Source: a virus
Taxonomy: Duplodnaviria; Caudoviricetes
Virus record (IMG/VR): IMGVR_UViG_3300032030_000007
Span: 1-64,000 of that record
Reading direction: 5' to 3' (one strand)
Length of the DNA: 64,000 bases
The translations under genes and the position numbers were made by a program. Position 1 is the first letter of the stretch. Every line of letters begins with the position of its first letter. Below the pieces are notes generated by a model that saw nothing but the letters and a program-made list of their open reading frames with translations, had not been told where the DNA came from and did no database searches. This document shows, in pieces, positions 10,170 through 20,653 of the stretch.

Positions 10170-10496
10170 TTACTTATTATTAATTGAATTTAATGCTACA
10201 TCCTTTTCTCCTGGAAAGAATAATGATTCATTATTAGCTCCATAAGAATGACCCTTATCCCAACGTTCAATTTTTTCTTCCCAAGCTTCAAGTTCAGTAT
10301 AATCTTCTCCAATGTTGTCTGAATGAAGCAACCACCAAAGATTCTCCATTGCAACTTTTCGAAGAATTTCGTGATTTTCTCTCGGTAATGAAATCCAATG
10401 CCAGCATTCAGTTATTTCGCCGAGCATTTTTTTATCTTCAAAAACTTGAATTTTACGTTTACCGTATTTTTTATGAAGCTTTTTAATTGTAATCAT
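10170..10496 (-). CDS. Hypothetical protein
   Basis: ORF; likely start MITIKK after the promoter at 10520-10547. Confidence 0.7.
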   Translation of the reverse strand: MITIKKLHKKYGKRKIQVFEDKKMLGEITECWHWISLPRENHEILRKVAMENLWWLLHSDNIGEDYTELEAWEEKIERWDKGHSYGANNESLFFPGEKDVALNSINNK

Positions 10497-10547
10497 ATTT
10501 ATTTGATTTTTATAATATAAATATAGTATATTATTTAAAAAATTCAA

Positions 10548-11306
10548 TTATGTACGTAAAAATGATTGATATTTTTCAGGAATATAAAAATCACTAATTT
10601 TTAAGTTTTCATTATCTTTATAATTATTCTTATATGCTTTATTCTTTTTTGTATAATTAAAATTATTTTCAATATTAAATTGATCTGTACATAAGCATTT
10701 TGTACATACATATTTATTTACTGATACATTGCAAAAAAATCCTTGTACATGATCTGCTATAAATAAATTTTTTCTTTGATTATTAAGATATAAATTCATT
10801 GAATTTCTATTCATTATTCCATACATCATACTTCCAAACATAAAATTATATTTATCTTTTATATAATAATTTGATGTTTTAATATCATTATGAAATTGAT
10901 TAAAATCTATATCAAACCAAAATCTAGGATCATATGTAACAAAATCTGCATCACTTGGAATATTATTAAGAATTACTTCTAATAATTCTTTATTTTTTAT
11001 AAAGCATATATCATCTTCAATAATAAGTATTTTTTCATATCCAAATTCATATGCTTGATATATTGCATCGTAATGTGATAATGTGCACCCAAAATCTCTA
11101 CCAGTACAATTATGCTCATATTCCCATAATTGAGGCCATTGTATTTTATACCCTAATGAATCCTTTTTAAAATTTCCTAAATCTGAACCCCAAATAAAAG
11201 AATAATTACATATACCTAAATCTTTTAATTGATTATTTACAAATAAAAATCTTTCTTTAAAAGAAGGACACGTTATTACATATATTTTGTTAAACGGTAT
11301 TTTCAT
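10548..11306 (-). CDS. Glycosyltransferase family 25
   Basis: KIYVI...ER, GCTLSHY, ILIIEDDICF. Confidence 0.8.
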   Translation of the reverse strand: MKIPFNKIYVITCPSFKERFLFVNNQLKDLGICNYSFIWGSDLGNFKKDSLGYKIQWPQLWEYEHNCTGRDFGCTLSHYDAIYQAYEFGYEKILIIEDDICFIKNKELLEVILNNIPSDADFVTYDPRFWFDIDFNQFHNDIKTSNYYIKDKYNFMFGSMMYGIMNRNSMNLYLNNQRKNLFIADHVQGFFCNVSVNKYVCTKCLCTDQFNIENNFNYTKKNKAYKNNYKDNENLKISDFYIPEKYQSFLRT

Positions 11307-11310
11307 TAAA

Positions 11311-12084
11311 TTATTTATATGTTTTTGTATCTCTTTCAAATATATGATAATTTGATGGTATATAAAAATTAGATATGTTTAAATCTTTATAATTATTTTT
11401 ATACCATATTAAATTACCAGCATTAAAATTATTCTTAATATTAAATTGATCTGTACAAATACATTTTGTACATACATATTTATTTATTTTAACATTATTA
11501 AATATGCCTTGAACAACATCTGACATCCAAATATTTTTTCTTTGATTATTTAAATATAATTTCATTGTTGTTCTGTTCATTATAGCATATAACATCCCAC
11601 CGAACATTAATTTATATTGTCCAATATCTTTAAAATATGATTTATCTTTATTAATTATTAAATCATTATTAAATTGTTTAAAATCTTCTATAAAATTACT
11701 AAAACGTGGATCATATGTTACAAAATCAGCATCATCAGGAATACTATTAAAAATTGCTTCTATTAATTCTTTATTTTTTAAAAAACATATATCATCTTCC
11801 ATAATAAGTATTTTTTCATACCCAAACTCATATGCTTGATATACTGCATTATAATGATTAATTGTACAACTAAAATCTTTACCAGTATATAAATTACTGT
11901 ATAAACATAAATATGGATAATGTATTTTATATCCATACGCATCCATATTAATATTACCAAAATCTGTTCCCCATAAAAATTGATAATCAATATTTAAATC
12001 TTTTAATTGATTACCAACGAAAGTATAACGATCTTTAAATGATGGTAAAGTTAATACATATATTTTATCAAATGGTGTTTTCAT
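11311..12084 (-). CDS. Glycosyltransferase family 25 (tandem paralogue)
   Basis: KIYVLTL...DR, SCTINHY, ILIMEDDICF. Confidence 0.8.
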   Translation of the reverse strand: MKTPFDKIYVLTLPSFKDRYTFVGNQLKDLNIDYQFLWGTDFGNINMDAYGYKIHYPYLCLYSNLYTGKDFSCTINHYNAVYQAYEFGYEKILIMEDDICFLKNKELIEAIFNSIPDDADFVTYDPRFSNFIEDFKQFNNDLIINKDKSYFKDIGQYKLMFGGMLYAIMNRTTMKLYLNNQRKNIWMSDVVQGIFNNVKINKYVCTKCICTDQFNIKNNFNAGNLIWYKNNYKDLNISNFYIPSNYHIFERDTKTYK

Positions 12085-12086
12085 TA

Positions 12087-12593
12087 TTATGTTGGATATA
12101 TTTCATTAGATTGTTTCCATGTAAGTTTATCATAAAAGAACAGAATCTTTTTAGTTGGAGCATTTTCAAAAGATGATACCTTAGCAAATCCAAGATACTT
12201 CATTGCAAAGTATTCTTCTTGAAATGTTCCTTGTGGTTTATGATCATAAAATGATGCAGGTACCTTAAAATATTCATCTAAATATTCCTTAAAGATAATC
12301 TGTCGTATAATAGATTCATGTTCACAAGAATTGCATTTATATATCTTTCCATTCATATCAATATATCCTGACCATGGAAACTTTTCTCCTAATTCATTCT
12401 GTTTTGGAATATCAAAGAAATTTTTGAATTTTTCTTGAAGTTCTTCATACTTTCTTTTCCAATCATTCTTTTCTTCTTCCTCCCTACGATACATATCATA
12501 TCCTTCACTTGGACAATCATAACATACATTATAGTTTAGCTTGTCTCGTTTGTCTAGAATTTTGTGAATTCTTGAATTTAATAAATCTCTCAT
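12087..12593 (-). CDS. Hypothetical protein
   Basis: ORF in operon. Confidence 0.65.
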   Translation of the reverse strand: MRDLLNSRIHKILDKRDKLNYNVCYDCPSEGYDMYRREEEEKNDWKRKYEELQEKFKNFFDIPKQNELGEKFPWSGYIDMNGKIYKCNSCEHESIIRQIIFKEYLDEYFKVPASFYDHKPQGTFQEEYFAMKYLGFAKVSSFENAPTKKILFFYDKLTWKQSNEIYPT

Positions 12594-12717
12594 ATTGCTT
12601 ATGTGTTATTTTAAGATTAACATATTCTCCGGTTTCTTTATTATATACCTTACAATATTTATTAAAGAAATAAACAGGATCTTTAAGACACCTAATATAT
12701 TCTTTCTTTATGTTCAT
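12529..12717 (-). CDS. Small protein resembling the N-terminus of T4-type large terminase
   Basis: EYIRCLKDPVYFFNKYCKVYNKETG. Confidence 0.5.
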   Translation of the reverse strand: MNIKKEYIRCLKDPVYFFNKYCKVYNKETGEYVNLKITHKQYERFIKFKNSQNSRQTRQAKL

Positions 12718-13256
12718 AATTTAAGTATTTCTTTTATTTTATGATAATTCTTTCTTGTTATTCCAGTCCAAGGATTAGTCTGTACAAAATTCTTTTTCTG
12801 AATATCTAACATATCATTATCATCATCTACTATACAATAATTTAATATAGTAAAATCTTCTTTCATTATTTTACGATATTCTGGATATTTTCCATTTGTT
12901 ATATCTATAAAATATTGAATTTCTTGACCACGATGCCTGCTTTTAGAATATGGAGTAACACCAACTACATAAGGTGCTAATATTTCTAAACCATGTAAGT
13001 GAAATTCTCCTAAACAATTACCATCTCTTATAAAGTCTTCATTATTCTGTTCCCAAGAATTTCCATTTCTCCAAGAAGACGATATGACCAACTTAACATT
13101 ATTGTCTTCACAGAATTTAGCCATTCTATAGCATTCTCTTGTATCAATACTACCATATCTTAATCTATTCAATTTCTTATTTTGTCTCCAACAATCATAT
13201 TGGACACTATTCATAACACCATCAATATCTAAGAATATGATATTATATTCCTTCAT
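12714..13256 (-). CDS. HAD-superfamily phosphatase (Swiss-Army-Knife RNA-repair type)
   Basis: FLDIDGV, VISSSWR, RGQEI, IVDDDNDM. Confidence 0.8.
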   Translation of the reverse strand: MKEYNIIFLDIDGVMNSVQYDCWRQNKKLNRLRYGSIDTRECYRMAKFCEDNNVKLVISSSWRNGNSWEQNNEDFIRDGNCLGEFHLHGLEILAPYVVGVTPYSKSRHRGQEIQYFIDITNGKYPEYRKIMKEDFTILNYCIVDDDNDMLDIQKKNFVQTNPWTGITRKNYHKIKEILKL

Positions 13257-13842
13257 ATCTATTATCTAAATCTTTACAAAGATCATTATATTGTTGTAGT
13301 TCTTCACACTTATTTGGTAAATTATGACATTTTAATAAATGTTGGAATCGTAATTCAAAATTAAGAGCCATTGGATTTTGAAAATATTTACCATTAAGTA
13401 CTTTAATAGCTCTTATTGTTTCTGTTTCTGTAATACCGTCCTCATAATTAGTTTGAACAAAATGATATAACTGTGAGTCAAGCATATCATTATCATCATC
13501 AATTATAACATAATTATCAACTTCTGGATGTTTATCAAGCCATGATTGTATTTCACCACCTCTACCAGTTCCATTATATTTCTTATCAGAAAACCAAGAT
13601 GTAACATCATAAAGATTATCAATAAGCCAATAAAGCATTTTATTTCTTGGACATCGTTTTGTTTTACCAATCATATCATTAATTGTCTTTTTAACATTTT
13701 CACGACGCCAAGAAGATGAAACAATAATTTTAGCTCCTGTTTCATCTACAATCCTTTTTATATATTTAATCTTATTAGCATTAAGATGCCATTTTGGTGG
13801 AATTGTTATGACCCCATCAAAATCAAGAAATATAGCTTTCAT
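13243..13842 (-). CDS. HAD-superfamily phosphatase (Swiss-Army-Knife RNA-repair type)
   Basis: FLDFDGV, IVSSSWR, RGGEI, IIDDDNDM. Confidence 0.8.
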   Translation of the reverse strand: MKAIFLDFDGVITIPPKWHLNANKIKYIKRIVDETGAKIIVSSSWRRENVKKTINDMIGKTKRCPRNKMLYWLIDNLYDVTSWFSDKKYNGTGRGGEIQSWLDKHPEVDNYVIIDDDNDMLDSQLYHFVQTNYEDGITETETIRAIKVLNGKYFQNPMALNFELRFQHLLKCHNLPNKCEELQQYNDLCKDLDNRYEGI

Positions 13843-13845
13843 ATA

Positions 13846-14169
13846 TTATAAATCTATTCCTATTTTCATAATATTATAACATGGAATTTTATAATGACCA
13901 TCAATATCCCATAATCCACAAGATTGACATTCTTTACAATTAAGTTCTTTCGGGTTTTTATTCTTACAAATTTGAAATTTTTCTTCATCAAATTTATATA
14001 ATTCCCATCTACTATAACGAATAGGTCCTACACCCATTCCAACAGGAAATTGTGGACCATATAAATAATCACATTCTTGTACATCGAATTTTGAATTATA
14101 ATTATCAATCTTTTTCTTGATTTGTTCCTGAATAATATTATATTGTCGTTCTAATGATGGGCCTTTCAT
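13846..14169 (-). CDS. Hypothetical protein
   Basis: ORF, Cys cluster. Confidence 0.6.
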   Translation of the reverse strand: MKGPSLERQYNIIQEQIKKKIDNYNSKFDVQECDYLYGPQFPVGMGVGPIRYSRWELYKFDEEKFQICKNKNPKELNCKECQSCGLWDIDGHYKIPCYNIMKIGIDL

Positions 14170-14320
14170 TTGTTAAGACGTTGCTTTTCTAATATAAAAT
14201 AACTTAATTGATCTTGTGTTATGTTATCAATCCATTCCTTATAATAATGTGTATATTTATTTGCATTATTTCTAAGGAATCTTTGAAATAGATAACTTTT
14301 CATATCATTAGATAATTCTA

Positions 14321-14659
14321 TCATATCTCTTCTTCAACATATTTTAATTTAATTTCTTTGACAACTGGCGTGAAATGACCAATTTGTTCAATCCATCTTG
14401 CATTTTTATCTGCATACTCTTTAATCTGCCATTTCTTAGCAAACTTCTTCTGACGTGTAAAAGGAATATGCGAATTACTCCAATAACAGTACGGATTATC
14501 TTTTCCGTATCCTACATATGTTTCATTAGACGATGCTTTAGGGTTAAAATAAACAACATCACCCTTTTTATAAACAGTCTTAATTGTATCTGTCCAGCCG
14601 TTCTTAAATTCAATATCATCTTTTGCAGTACATTCAATAAAATACAATGACTTATTCAT
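14321..14659 (-). CDS. Hypothetical protein
   Basis: ORF. Confidence 0.65.
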   Translation of the reverse strand: MNKSLYFIECTAKDDIEFKNGWTDTIKTVYKKGDVVYFNPKASSNETYVGYGKDNPYCYWSNSHIPFTRQKKFAKKWQIKEYADKNARWIEQIGHFTPVVKEIKLKYVEEEI

Positions 14660-14677
14660 AATATAAAAAATTATTAT

Positions 14678-15025
14678 TTAGTTACTTAAAATATCTAAAA
14701 TTTTATCTGCTTCAAGCCAACCATATTCATTAATTAATTTAGCCATTAGAATTTTTCTAACTTCCTTTTGAGAAATTAAATCTGAAATTTCTTTAAGTTT
14801 ATTTTTTAATTGTTCTTTTTTGAAATTTATAACTTCAATAGAATTTGAATCTATTATATTGCTTTCAGAAACAAAACTACCTCCTCCATTTTCTGTTAAA
14901 AATATAAAGAACATTGTTTCTAATGTAGGAATATCATCTGCTTCAATTTTTAAACAAGTATCTTCAAAAATTTCACCATCTTGATTTTTCCAATAAAATT
15001 TTTCACCTACTTTTGGATATTTCAT
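14678..15025 (-). CDS. Hypothetical protein
   Basis: ORF. Confidence 0.65.
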   Translation of the reverse strand: MKYPKVGEKFYWKNQDGEIFEDTCLKIEADDIPTLETMFFIFLTENGGGSFVSESNIIDSNSIEVINFKKEQLKNKLKEISDLISQKEVRKILMAKLINEYGWLEADKILDILSN

Positions 15026-15219
15026 ACTTCTGTTCTGGTTATTTTACGTTTTAATAATGCAGCAAATGTATCTCCAACTAAAGCATTACGTGGTTCAAAG
15101 AATTTAACGATTTCCCACCCTTCATTACCATAAGAATTCAAATCATCTACAGAAGATTTTATAGATGTAGATAATTTTACATATTTATATTCAAATTTAT
15201 CGTAAGCTTCTAAAATCAT
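15022..15219 (-). CDS. DUF4177-like small protein
   Basis: FEYKYV...LNSYGNEGWEIV...LKR. Confidence 0.65.
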   Translation of the reverse strand: MILEAYDKFEYKYVKLSTSIKSSVDDLNSYGNEGWEIVKFFEPRNALVGDTFAALLKRKITRTEV

Positions 15220-15273
15220 TGTAAAAATATTTTATTTATATATCTATTAAATATTTCATCTAGATAGTTCTAG

Positions 15274-15349
15274 ATGTCTTTCTAATGCGGTATATATCTT
15301 AAATAATAAAATTATATATTAAAACAATATAACCGCATTAGAAAGACAT
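15274..15349. repeat. Perfect 18-bp inverted repeat with 40-bp AT-rich spacer
   Basis: ATGTCTTTCTAATGCGGT ... ACCGCATTAGAAAGACAT. Confidence 0.85.
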
Positions 15350-15355
15350 TAAATG

Positions 15356-15583
15356 CTATATATTTAAAGTTATAGGTTCTGGATCATTGTTCCAAGTCAA
15401 ATTAGATTTCTCAACCAAGCTTACAAGTTGGTTATATGCAAGAGAATTACAAAATGGCATTTTAGATATCCACATTCCACGGTTCTCATCACGAGTTGGT
15501 TCTATTGAATGCAATCCTATAGATCCATTCTTATTAACACATAAATAAACAGTAATTGATTTGTTAAAATTAAATATCTTCAT
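15356..15583 (-). CDS. Hypothetical protein
   Basis: ORF, TAG stop. Confidence 0.6.
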   Translation of the reverse strand: MKIFNFNKSITVYLCVNKNGSIGLHSIEPTRDENRGMWISKMPFCNSLAYNQLVSLVEKSNLTWNNDPEPITLNI

Positions 15584-15624
15584 AATACATTATTTGTTTA
15601 TAATATATAAAATAGAATATTATT

Positions 15625-16554
15625 TTAAAAATTCAATTTAAGTTGATTTGTATTTAATAATTTAGGCTTCATTTCAATTATTGTATCAGTTGGTTTTATA
15701 TTGCTAATCAATAATGGAGACTTTGGATCATGTATTTTAAAGTTCTCATCACATTTATCAAAATCTGCTGATGCATAACAATATTTGCATTTATGAAGAC
15801 AAGTATTATAAACACCTATGCACGTATTTGGATAACATAAGCATCCCCATGCCATTTCTGTTCTATTTTGCTTAGGATAGATTCCCATTAAATTCAAAGC
15901 ATGTTCATCGAGGCATCCTGTAACTTCAACACCTTCTAAATCTTTGAATTGTAAACCATTACCACATGTCTGTAATTTGAAATCATATCTATTGCAAATA
16001 TCAAGCATATTCATTATAAGAACTTTCTTTTGAATATTATTAAGTTCAATCATCTCTGGTAAATGTCTTTTGACTTTTTCATAAGGAGATACAAAATTGA
16101 CTACAACTCTATCTGTATAATTATGTAACTCTTTGCATATATTTTCAAATCTTTCAAGTGTCTGAACTTCTTCAAAGTCTTTACAATAAAAGATAGGGTC
16201 AAATCTCCATATTACTTTTTCTTTTCCATATCTTTGAGAAAGTTCTTTGAATGTATAAATAGATTGTTCAAAACTTGGTACTCCAGGTTCAATATCTTTT
16301 CCGTAGCCTGTTATTGTGTAATGAAATATACTTGGAAATTTATCTGTGATATTCTTTAAGTCATGAAGTATTGGAAGATAATCTTTTGAACACCACATAA
16401 TTCCTTCTATATGCTTATTGTCTAATATGATCTTATGAACCATATTAGGGGCAGCAGGATTTCTAAACATTACAAATCCTTCATTAAATCTATTAATTAA
16501 CCAGTCAGAATAAAATGCTGGAATATCTGTTCTAAAATCAATACTAAGTATCAT
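15625..16554 (-). CDS. DUF1848-family protein (radical SAM-like, C-terminal CxxxCxxC)
   Basis: RTDIPAFYSDW, WRFDPI, IGVYNTCLHKCKYCYA. Confidence 0.8.
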   Translation of the reverse strand: MILSIDFRTDIPAFYSDWLINRFNEGFVMFRNPAAPNMVHKIILDNKHIEGIMWCSKDYLPILHDLKNITDKFPSIFHYTITGYGKDIEPGVPSFEQSIYTFKELSQRYGKEKVIWRFDPIFYCKDFEEVQTLERFENICKELHNYTDRVVVNFVSPYEKVKRHLPEMIELNNIQKKVLIMNMLDICNRYDFKLQTCGNGLQFKDLEGVEVTGCLDEHALNLMGIYPKQNRTEMAWGCLCYPNTCIGVYNTCLHKCKYCYASADFDKCDENFKIHDPKSPLLISNIKPTDTIIEMKPKLLNTNQLKLNF

Positions 16555-16944
16555 ATTGTATCTTATCAAATATACTTATAATTTACTCCAAAATAAAATA
16601 TCTAATTGTCCATCAACTGAATGTTCCCAAAGTTCTGGATCATCATCACACCAAATACACTCTTCAAAAATACTATCAGGAATATGTCGTCGCCAAAGTA
16701 CAGTATTTTTCATATTAATAATGTTCTAAAACTTCTTTTCTAATTTTTCTGTATTCTTCTTCCTAATAAGAACCCAATAAAAAATGTTAGAATACAAATT
16801 ATAATGTATAATATAATCATAAAGCTTTATAAAATCTCATTAATAATTTAACGATAACTTTATCTTCTAATTTACCAGTTGCTAAAGTATCCGTAGGAAA
16901 AGATTCAATCATTTTCTTAGTTACTTCTTTCCATTCTTTCTTTG

Positions 16945-17187
16945 TCATTTGAATATCTTTTTTAATGTTTTCCAAATATAAATTAATACATTATGTAATA
17001 GAACTCCAAATAAATCACAAAGGAATCCTAAACAAAAACAAAGTATAAGTATAATACCAAATTCCCAAGTAGGATTATAATTTAGAATATAATAAAATAT
17101 TGCTAAAACTGAAATCATAGCTATTATGCCACCTTCAGTTGTTTCAAAATTACCACATCCATATAAGTTACTCATATTCTTAATCAA
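16945..17187 (-). CDS. Small membrane protein
   Basis: Two hydrophobic segments. Confidence 0.6.
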   Translation of the reverse strand: MIKNMSNLYGCGNFETTEGGIIAMISVLAIFYYILNYNPTWEFGIILILCFCLGFLCDLFGVLLHNVLIYIWKTLKKIFK

Positions 17188-17878
17188 ATTTTAATTTAAG
17201 TAATGGATTGTCTTCTCCAAGCATATCAGCTATCGAAGATGTTGTTTCTTTTTTATCTAATGAGTTTCTATATTCAGATACTGATAATTCTTCTTCTAAT
17301 GTACATGGTAAATAACCTTCAAAATTACCCTCATAATCTTCTTCAATATCTTTATTCTTATTTTTTATTTTAGGTTCACCAGCATATCCTATAGCATTCT
17401 TGCCATCACCCCATCTATATTGAAGCCAACCTTCATATTCTCCATAGTCCCAACGATAACCTTTTGGAATCTCGTCATCTTTCCTGAAGAAGAAATCTTT
17501 TATATCGTTACTTATAGACTTTCCTTTTATTTTCTTATATCCAGATTGATAATGAATATTGATGCCATCATTTCCAGATTCAATTATTTTTTGTGTTTCA
17601 AAATCCAAAACAATATATCCCCAAAAATAAGCATCACCAGAAAAACTATATGATGTTGCTGCATGATATCTTTTCTTTTCAACAACAGGACGTGGGGTAT
17701 CTTTATAATATTCATTCAATAGTTTAGTCTCTTCATGAAGTTCATCTAAACTATCATATTCAGTTATAGAAGGATTCTTGCCATCATAATTACGATATTT
17801 ATCAAATATCAATACATATCGTTTTGATGGATACGGTCTTTCTTTTATTTGCCAATATGTACTATGTCCACTTATCAT
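17180..17878 (-). CDS. Hypothetical protein
   Basis: ORF. Confidence 0.7.
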   Translation of the reverse strand: MISGHSTYWQIKERPYPSKRYVLIFDKYRNYDGKNPSITEYDSLDELHEETKLLNEYYKDTPRPVVEKKRYHAATSYSFSGDAYFWGYIVLDFETQKIIESGNDGINIHYQSGYKKIKGKSISNDIKDFFFRKDDEIPKGYRWDYGEYEGWLQYRWGDGKNAIGYAGEPKIKNKNKDIEEDYEGNFEGYLPCTLEEELSVSEYRNSLDKKETTSSIADMLGEDNPLLKLKFD

Positions 17879-17879
17879 T

Positions 17880-18101
17880 TCACCAATTTATAATATCAAA
17901 TTCACCACCTTTTCCACAATGTCCAATTGTTATCTTAAATCCATTATCTTGTAATATTCTTTCTTCTTCTGATGATATTCTAATACAACCTTTTAAAGAT
18001 ACTTTTCTTTGACCTTTTTCTGCTGCTTCTTTTATTTTTCTTTCAAGAATTTCCATGTGATTATATATGGAAATTTTTAATGCTTCATCTGCTGTTATCA
18101 T
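17880..18101 (-). CDS. Hypothetical protein
   Basis: ORF. Confidence 0.6.
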   Translation of the reverse strand: MITADEALKISIYNHMEILERKIKEAAEKGQRKVSLKGCIRISSEEERILQDNGFKITIGHCGKGGEFDIINW

Positions 18102-18103
18102 AA

Positions 18104-18742
18104 TTAATTTTCTTTTCTTTTTCTAAATGATTCTTTTAAATCAAATCCATGTGATAATATTTTAATGTCATTATAATTTGTAGATGGACCTTTAGGATCA
18201 CCAAATATGTCTCTATATGTTTCGTTTTTTAATCTTTGCAAATTATCAGCTTTAAGTATTTTATTATTGTCTTCAATAAGGTCAAAGAACTTATTTAATT
18301 CTTTATAAAGATCTGTTATAAAATGATCAAATATTCCTTTATATCCTGGAAGAATATCCCAAGGTCTAGTTTCAATTCCTATTCCTACATCTTTATATTT
18401 TGTAGGATATTCAAAATAATATCTTTTATCATTAAGTTGAAATGATATTGTCTTAAAAGATGCACATATACTTTTTTCTGTTTGAAATTCTACTCTTGAA
18501 TAATGTGAAGGAGTAAAGTAATAGAATCCTAATGGTGATTTTTTCTTAATTGAATAATCACGTTTTCCTGTTCTAATAATTTTTCCTTTAGATTCAATTG
18601 AAACTCTTTCAATAACTTGTGAAGTACTACCATGATGAAACAAATATCCTTTCTTTAAAAGATTATCGTATCGTTCAATCTTAATACCATTTCTGCTATA
18701 TAATGTTATTTTCTTTTCTCTTGCACTCATTATGTATCCCAA
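18104..18742 (-). CDS. Hypothetical protein
   Basis: ORF. Confidence 0.65.
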   Translation of the reverse strand: MGYIMSAREKKITLYSRNGIKIERYDNLLKKGYLFHHGSTSQVIERVSIESKGKIIRTGKRDYSIKKKSPLGFYYFTPSHYSRVEFQTEKSICASFKTISFQLNDKRYYFEYPTKYKDVGIGIETRPWDILPGYKGIFDHFITDLYKELNKFFDLIEDNNKILKADNLQRLKNETYRDIFGDPKGPSTNYNDIKILSHGFDLKESFRKRKEN

Positions 18743-19152
18743 AATTTTAGTTGTTTTTTGACGTTTTCAATTAAGTCATCATAGTCTTTAATAACTTTAT
18801 TATAATTGTTTTTCTTATAATCTTTCTTAGCGTACTTAAGATATATATCAATATAATAAATTATATTTTCTTGATATAACTTAATAAGTCCATCTTTCCT
18901 ATTATTATAAGGAACACCAATACCATATTGGAAAAGATCAATAGTACCTTGTACGCAATTCTTACGAGGTTCTTTCGGTAATGACAAATATAAATCACCA
19001 AGATATCTTAATACTGTTTTTAATTTTTCTTGTTTTTCTTCCCAAGTTTTTTTCATTTCCTTAGCATCATTAATGCATTCTTTTGCTTTAAGTCTTTCTG
19101 CATTAACTTCTTTGTATGCTTTAATATAAGCAATAATAAAATCTTTAATCAT
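18730..19152 (-). CDS. Hypothetical protein
   Basis: ORF. Confidence 0.65.
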   Translation of the reverse strand: MIKDFIIAYIKAYKEVNAERLKAKECINDAKEMKKTWEEKQEKLKTVLRYLGDLYLSLPKEPRKNCVQGTIDLFQYGIGVPYNNRKDGLIKLYQENIIYYIDIYLKYAKKDYKKNNYNKVIKDYDDLIENVKKQLKFWDT

Positions 19153-19363
19153 ATATACGTTCTACTTTAATAATTCCTCTATTGTTTTCTTTATCATCTT
19201 CAAATCCAATTACCTTATAAAGATTACCATGTATGTCACGGCAATAAACATCATTATCTTTACGATCATCTGGAGTCAAAGTTCCCCAAATATTTTTCAT
19301 TCCTTTTGTAAAGAATTCTCGTACATCTTTAACTGTTTTTGTAATATTGTTCATGTTTCTCAA
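19145..19363 (-). CDS. Hypothetical protein
   Basis: ORF after the promoter at 19385-19412. Confidence 0.6.
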   Translation of the reverse strand: MRNMNNITKTVKDVREFFTKGMKNIWGTLTPDDRKDNDVYCRDIHGNLYKVIGFEDDKENNRGIIKVERIYD

Positions 19364-19465
19364 GTTTGTTATTGTTCCATTAATAATATAGAAATTATTA
19401 AATTATATTCAATTTTCATTTAGTATAAAATATTATTTTTAATATATAAATATAAAATAGTCAAT

Positions 19466-19729
19466 ATGAAAGATTTAATAACAATACTAAATGAATCTAA
19501 AAAGAATTTAGATAAAGCAATAACAAAAGATATTGCTCGTAAAATAGCAGGTGATTTATCACAATTGGAAAATCTTAATATTCAATATAGTGAATATGTT
19601 AAAAAATTATTTGATGACATATTTACAGAAATAGAAAAACTTCAAAAGAAAGGTTATAATATTGATACTAATCAATTTATTTGGGATATGAAAGATTATT
19701 TTGATGTTAAAAATAAATCAACACATTAA
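19466..19729 (+). CDS. Putative internal head protein (capsid-targeting-like N-terminus)
   Basis: MKDLITILNES resembles the T4 CTS/gp21 cleavage motif. Confidence 0.55.
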   Translation: MKDLITILNESKKNLDKAITKDIARKIAGDLSQLENLNIQYSEYVKKLFDDIFTEIEKLQKKGYNIDTNQFIWDMKDYFDVKNKSTH

Positions 19730-19731
19730 TA

Positions 19732-20283
19732 ATGAAAGATTTTAAACAATACATATTAGAATCAGAAAAAGATGGCAAAAACGGCCATTATGAAGATTTC
19801 GTTGATGAAGATACTGGTGAAATCGTAACTCTTTGGGTAGATGATCCAGATCCTGAACTTGAAAAACTTAAATGGGAAACTTATGAAAAGAACCATGAAA
19901 AAGTTCGTCAGTTATATAATAAATGTAAAGACCAAGAAAAAGATATCAATAAAAAGATAGAAAAACTTGAAGATGAACTTTGGGGTTACGAACAGGATCT
20001 TAAAGATGCTAAACGTAATTATAGACAATTACAAATTGACCAAGATGAAGAAGTTGGTGGTCTTTATGCAGATGGCAAATTTAAAGAAGGTGAAGAAAAA
20101 GCTCAAGAATATGGAGAACAGTTCAATAAGATATCTGATGAAATTGAACAATTAAAAAATAAGATTAAGAAAATACAACCAGAACTTGCAAAACTTGAAG
20201 ATATACGAATGAAAATCTGGGAACCTTATTATAAAGCTGATGAAGAAGACCTAAAAAAATATAATGAAATAATGGGTAAATAA
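19732..20283 (+). CDS. Putative internal head protein, coiled-coil
   Basis: MKDFKQYILES resembles the T4 internal-protein CTS. Confidence 0.6.
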   Translation: MKDFKQYILESEKDGKNGHYEDFVDEDTGEIVTLWVDDPDPELEKLKWETYEKNHEKVRQLYNKCKDQEKDINKKIEKLEDELWGYEQDLKDAKRNYRQLQIDQDEEVGGLYADGKFKEGEEKAQEYGEQFNKISDEIEQLKNKIKKIQPELAKLEDIRMKIWEPYYKADEEDLKKYNEIMGK

Positions 20284-20287
20284 ATAA

Positions 20288-20317
20288 GGGAAGCTATAAT
20301 GCTTCCCTATATTTTTT
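20288..20317. terminator. Intrinsic terminator at convergent junction
   Basis: GGGAAGC-tataat-GCTTCCC plus T-run. Confidence 0.7.
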
Positions 20318-20443
20318 AAGTTCAGTCAACCATTTTGCTAACTGTTTGTGATCCATACGACATTCATAGTTTTTACATTTATTATTGACTATTTCATAAC
20401 AATGTTCAATAGCTTCATCTAAAGTCATAATATTAATACACTA

Positions 20444-20653
20444 TTATATTATATATTTTCTATATAAACGATATGCCTCTTTTTTAGAGATTTGCCCAGT
20501 ACTTTCAAGAACTTCCAAAGAGGTAAAACTACCATCTTTTACGTTATTCAAAATAGTTTCTCTACGGCACGATGTATAACCACACGTACCAGGTTCTGTG
20601 TTGCTCCCATAAGGGCATTTGTTTGCATATTCACATTTTTGATGCCATCCCAT
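20444..20653 (-). CDS. Small Cys-containing hypothetical protein
   Basis: ORF. Confidence 0.55.
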   Translation of the reverse strand: MGWHQKCEYANKCPYGSNTEPGTCGYTSCRRETILNNVKDGSFTSLEVLESTGQISKKEAYRLYRKYII

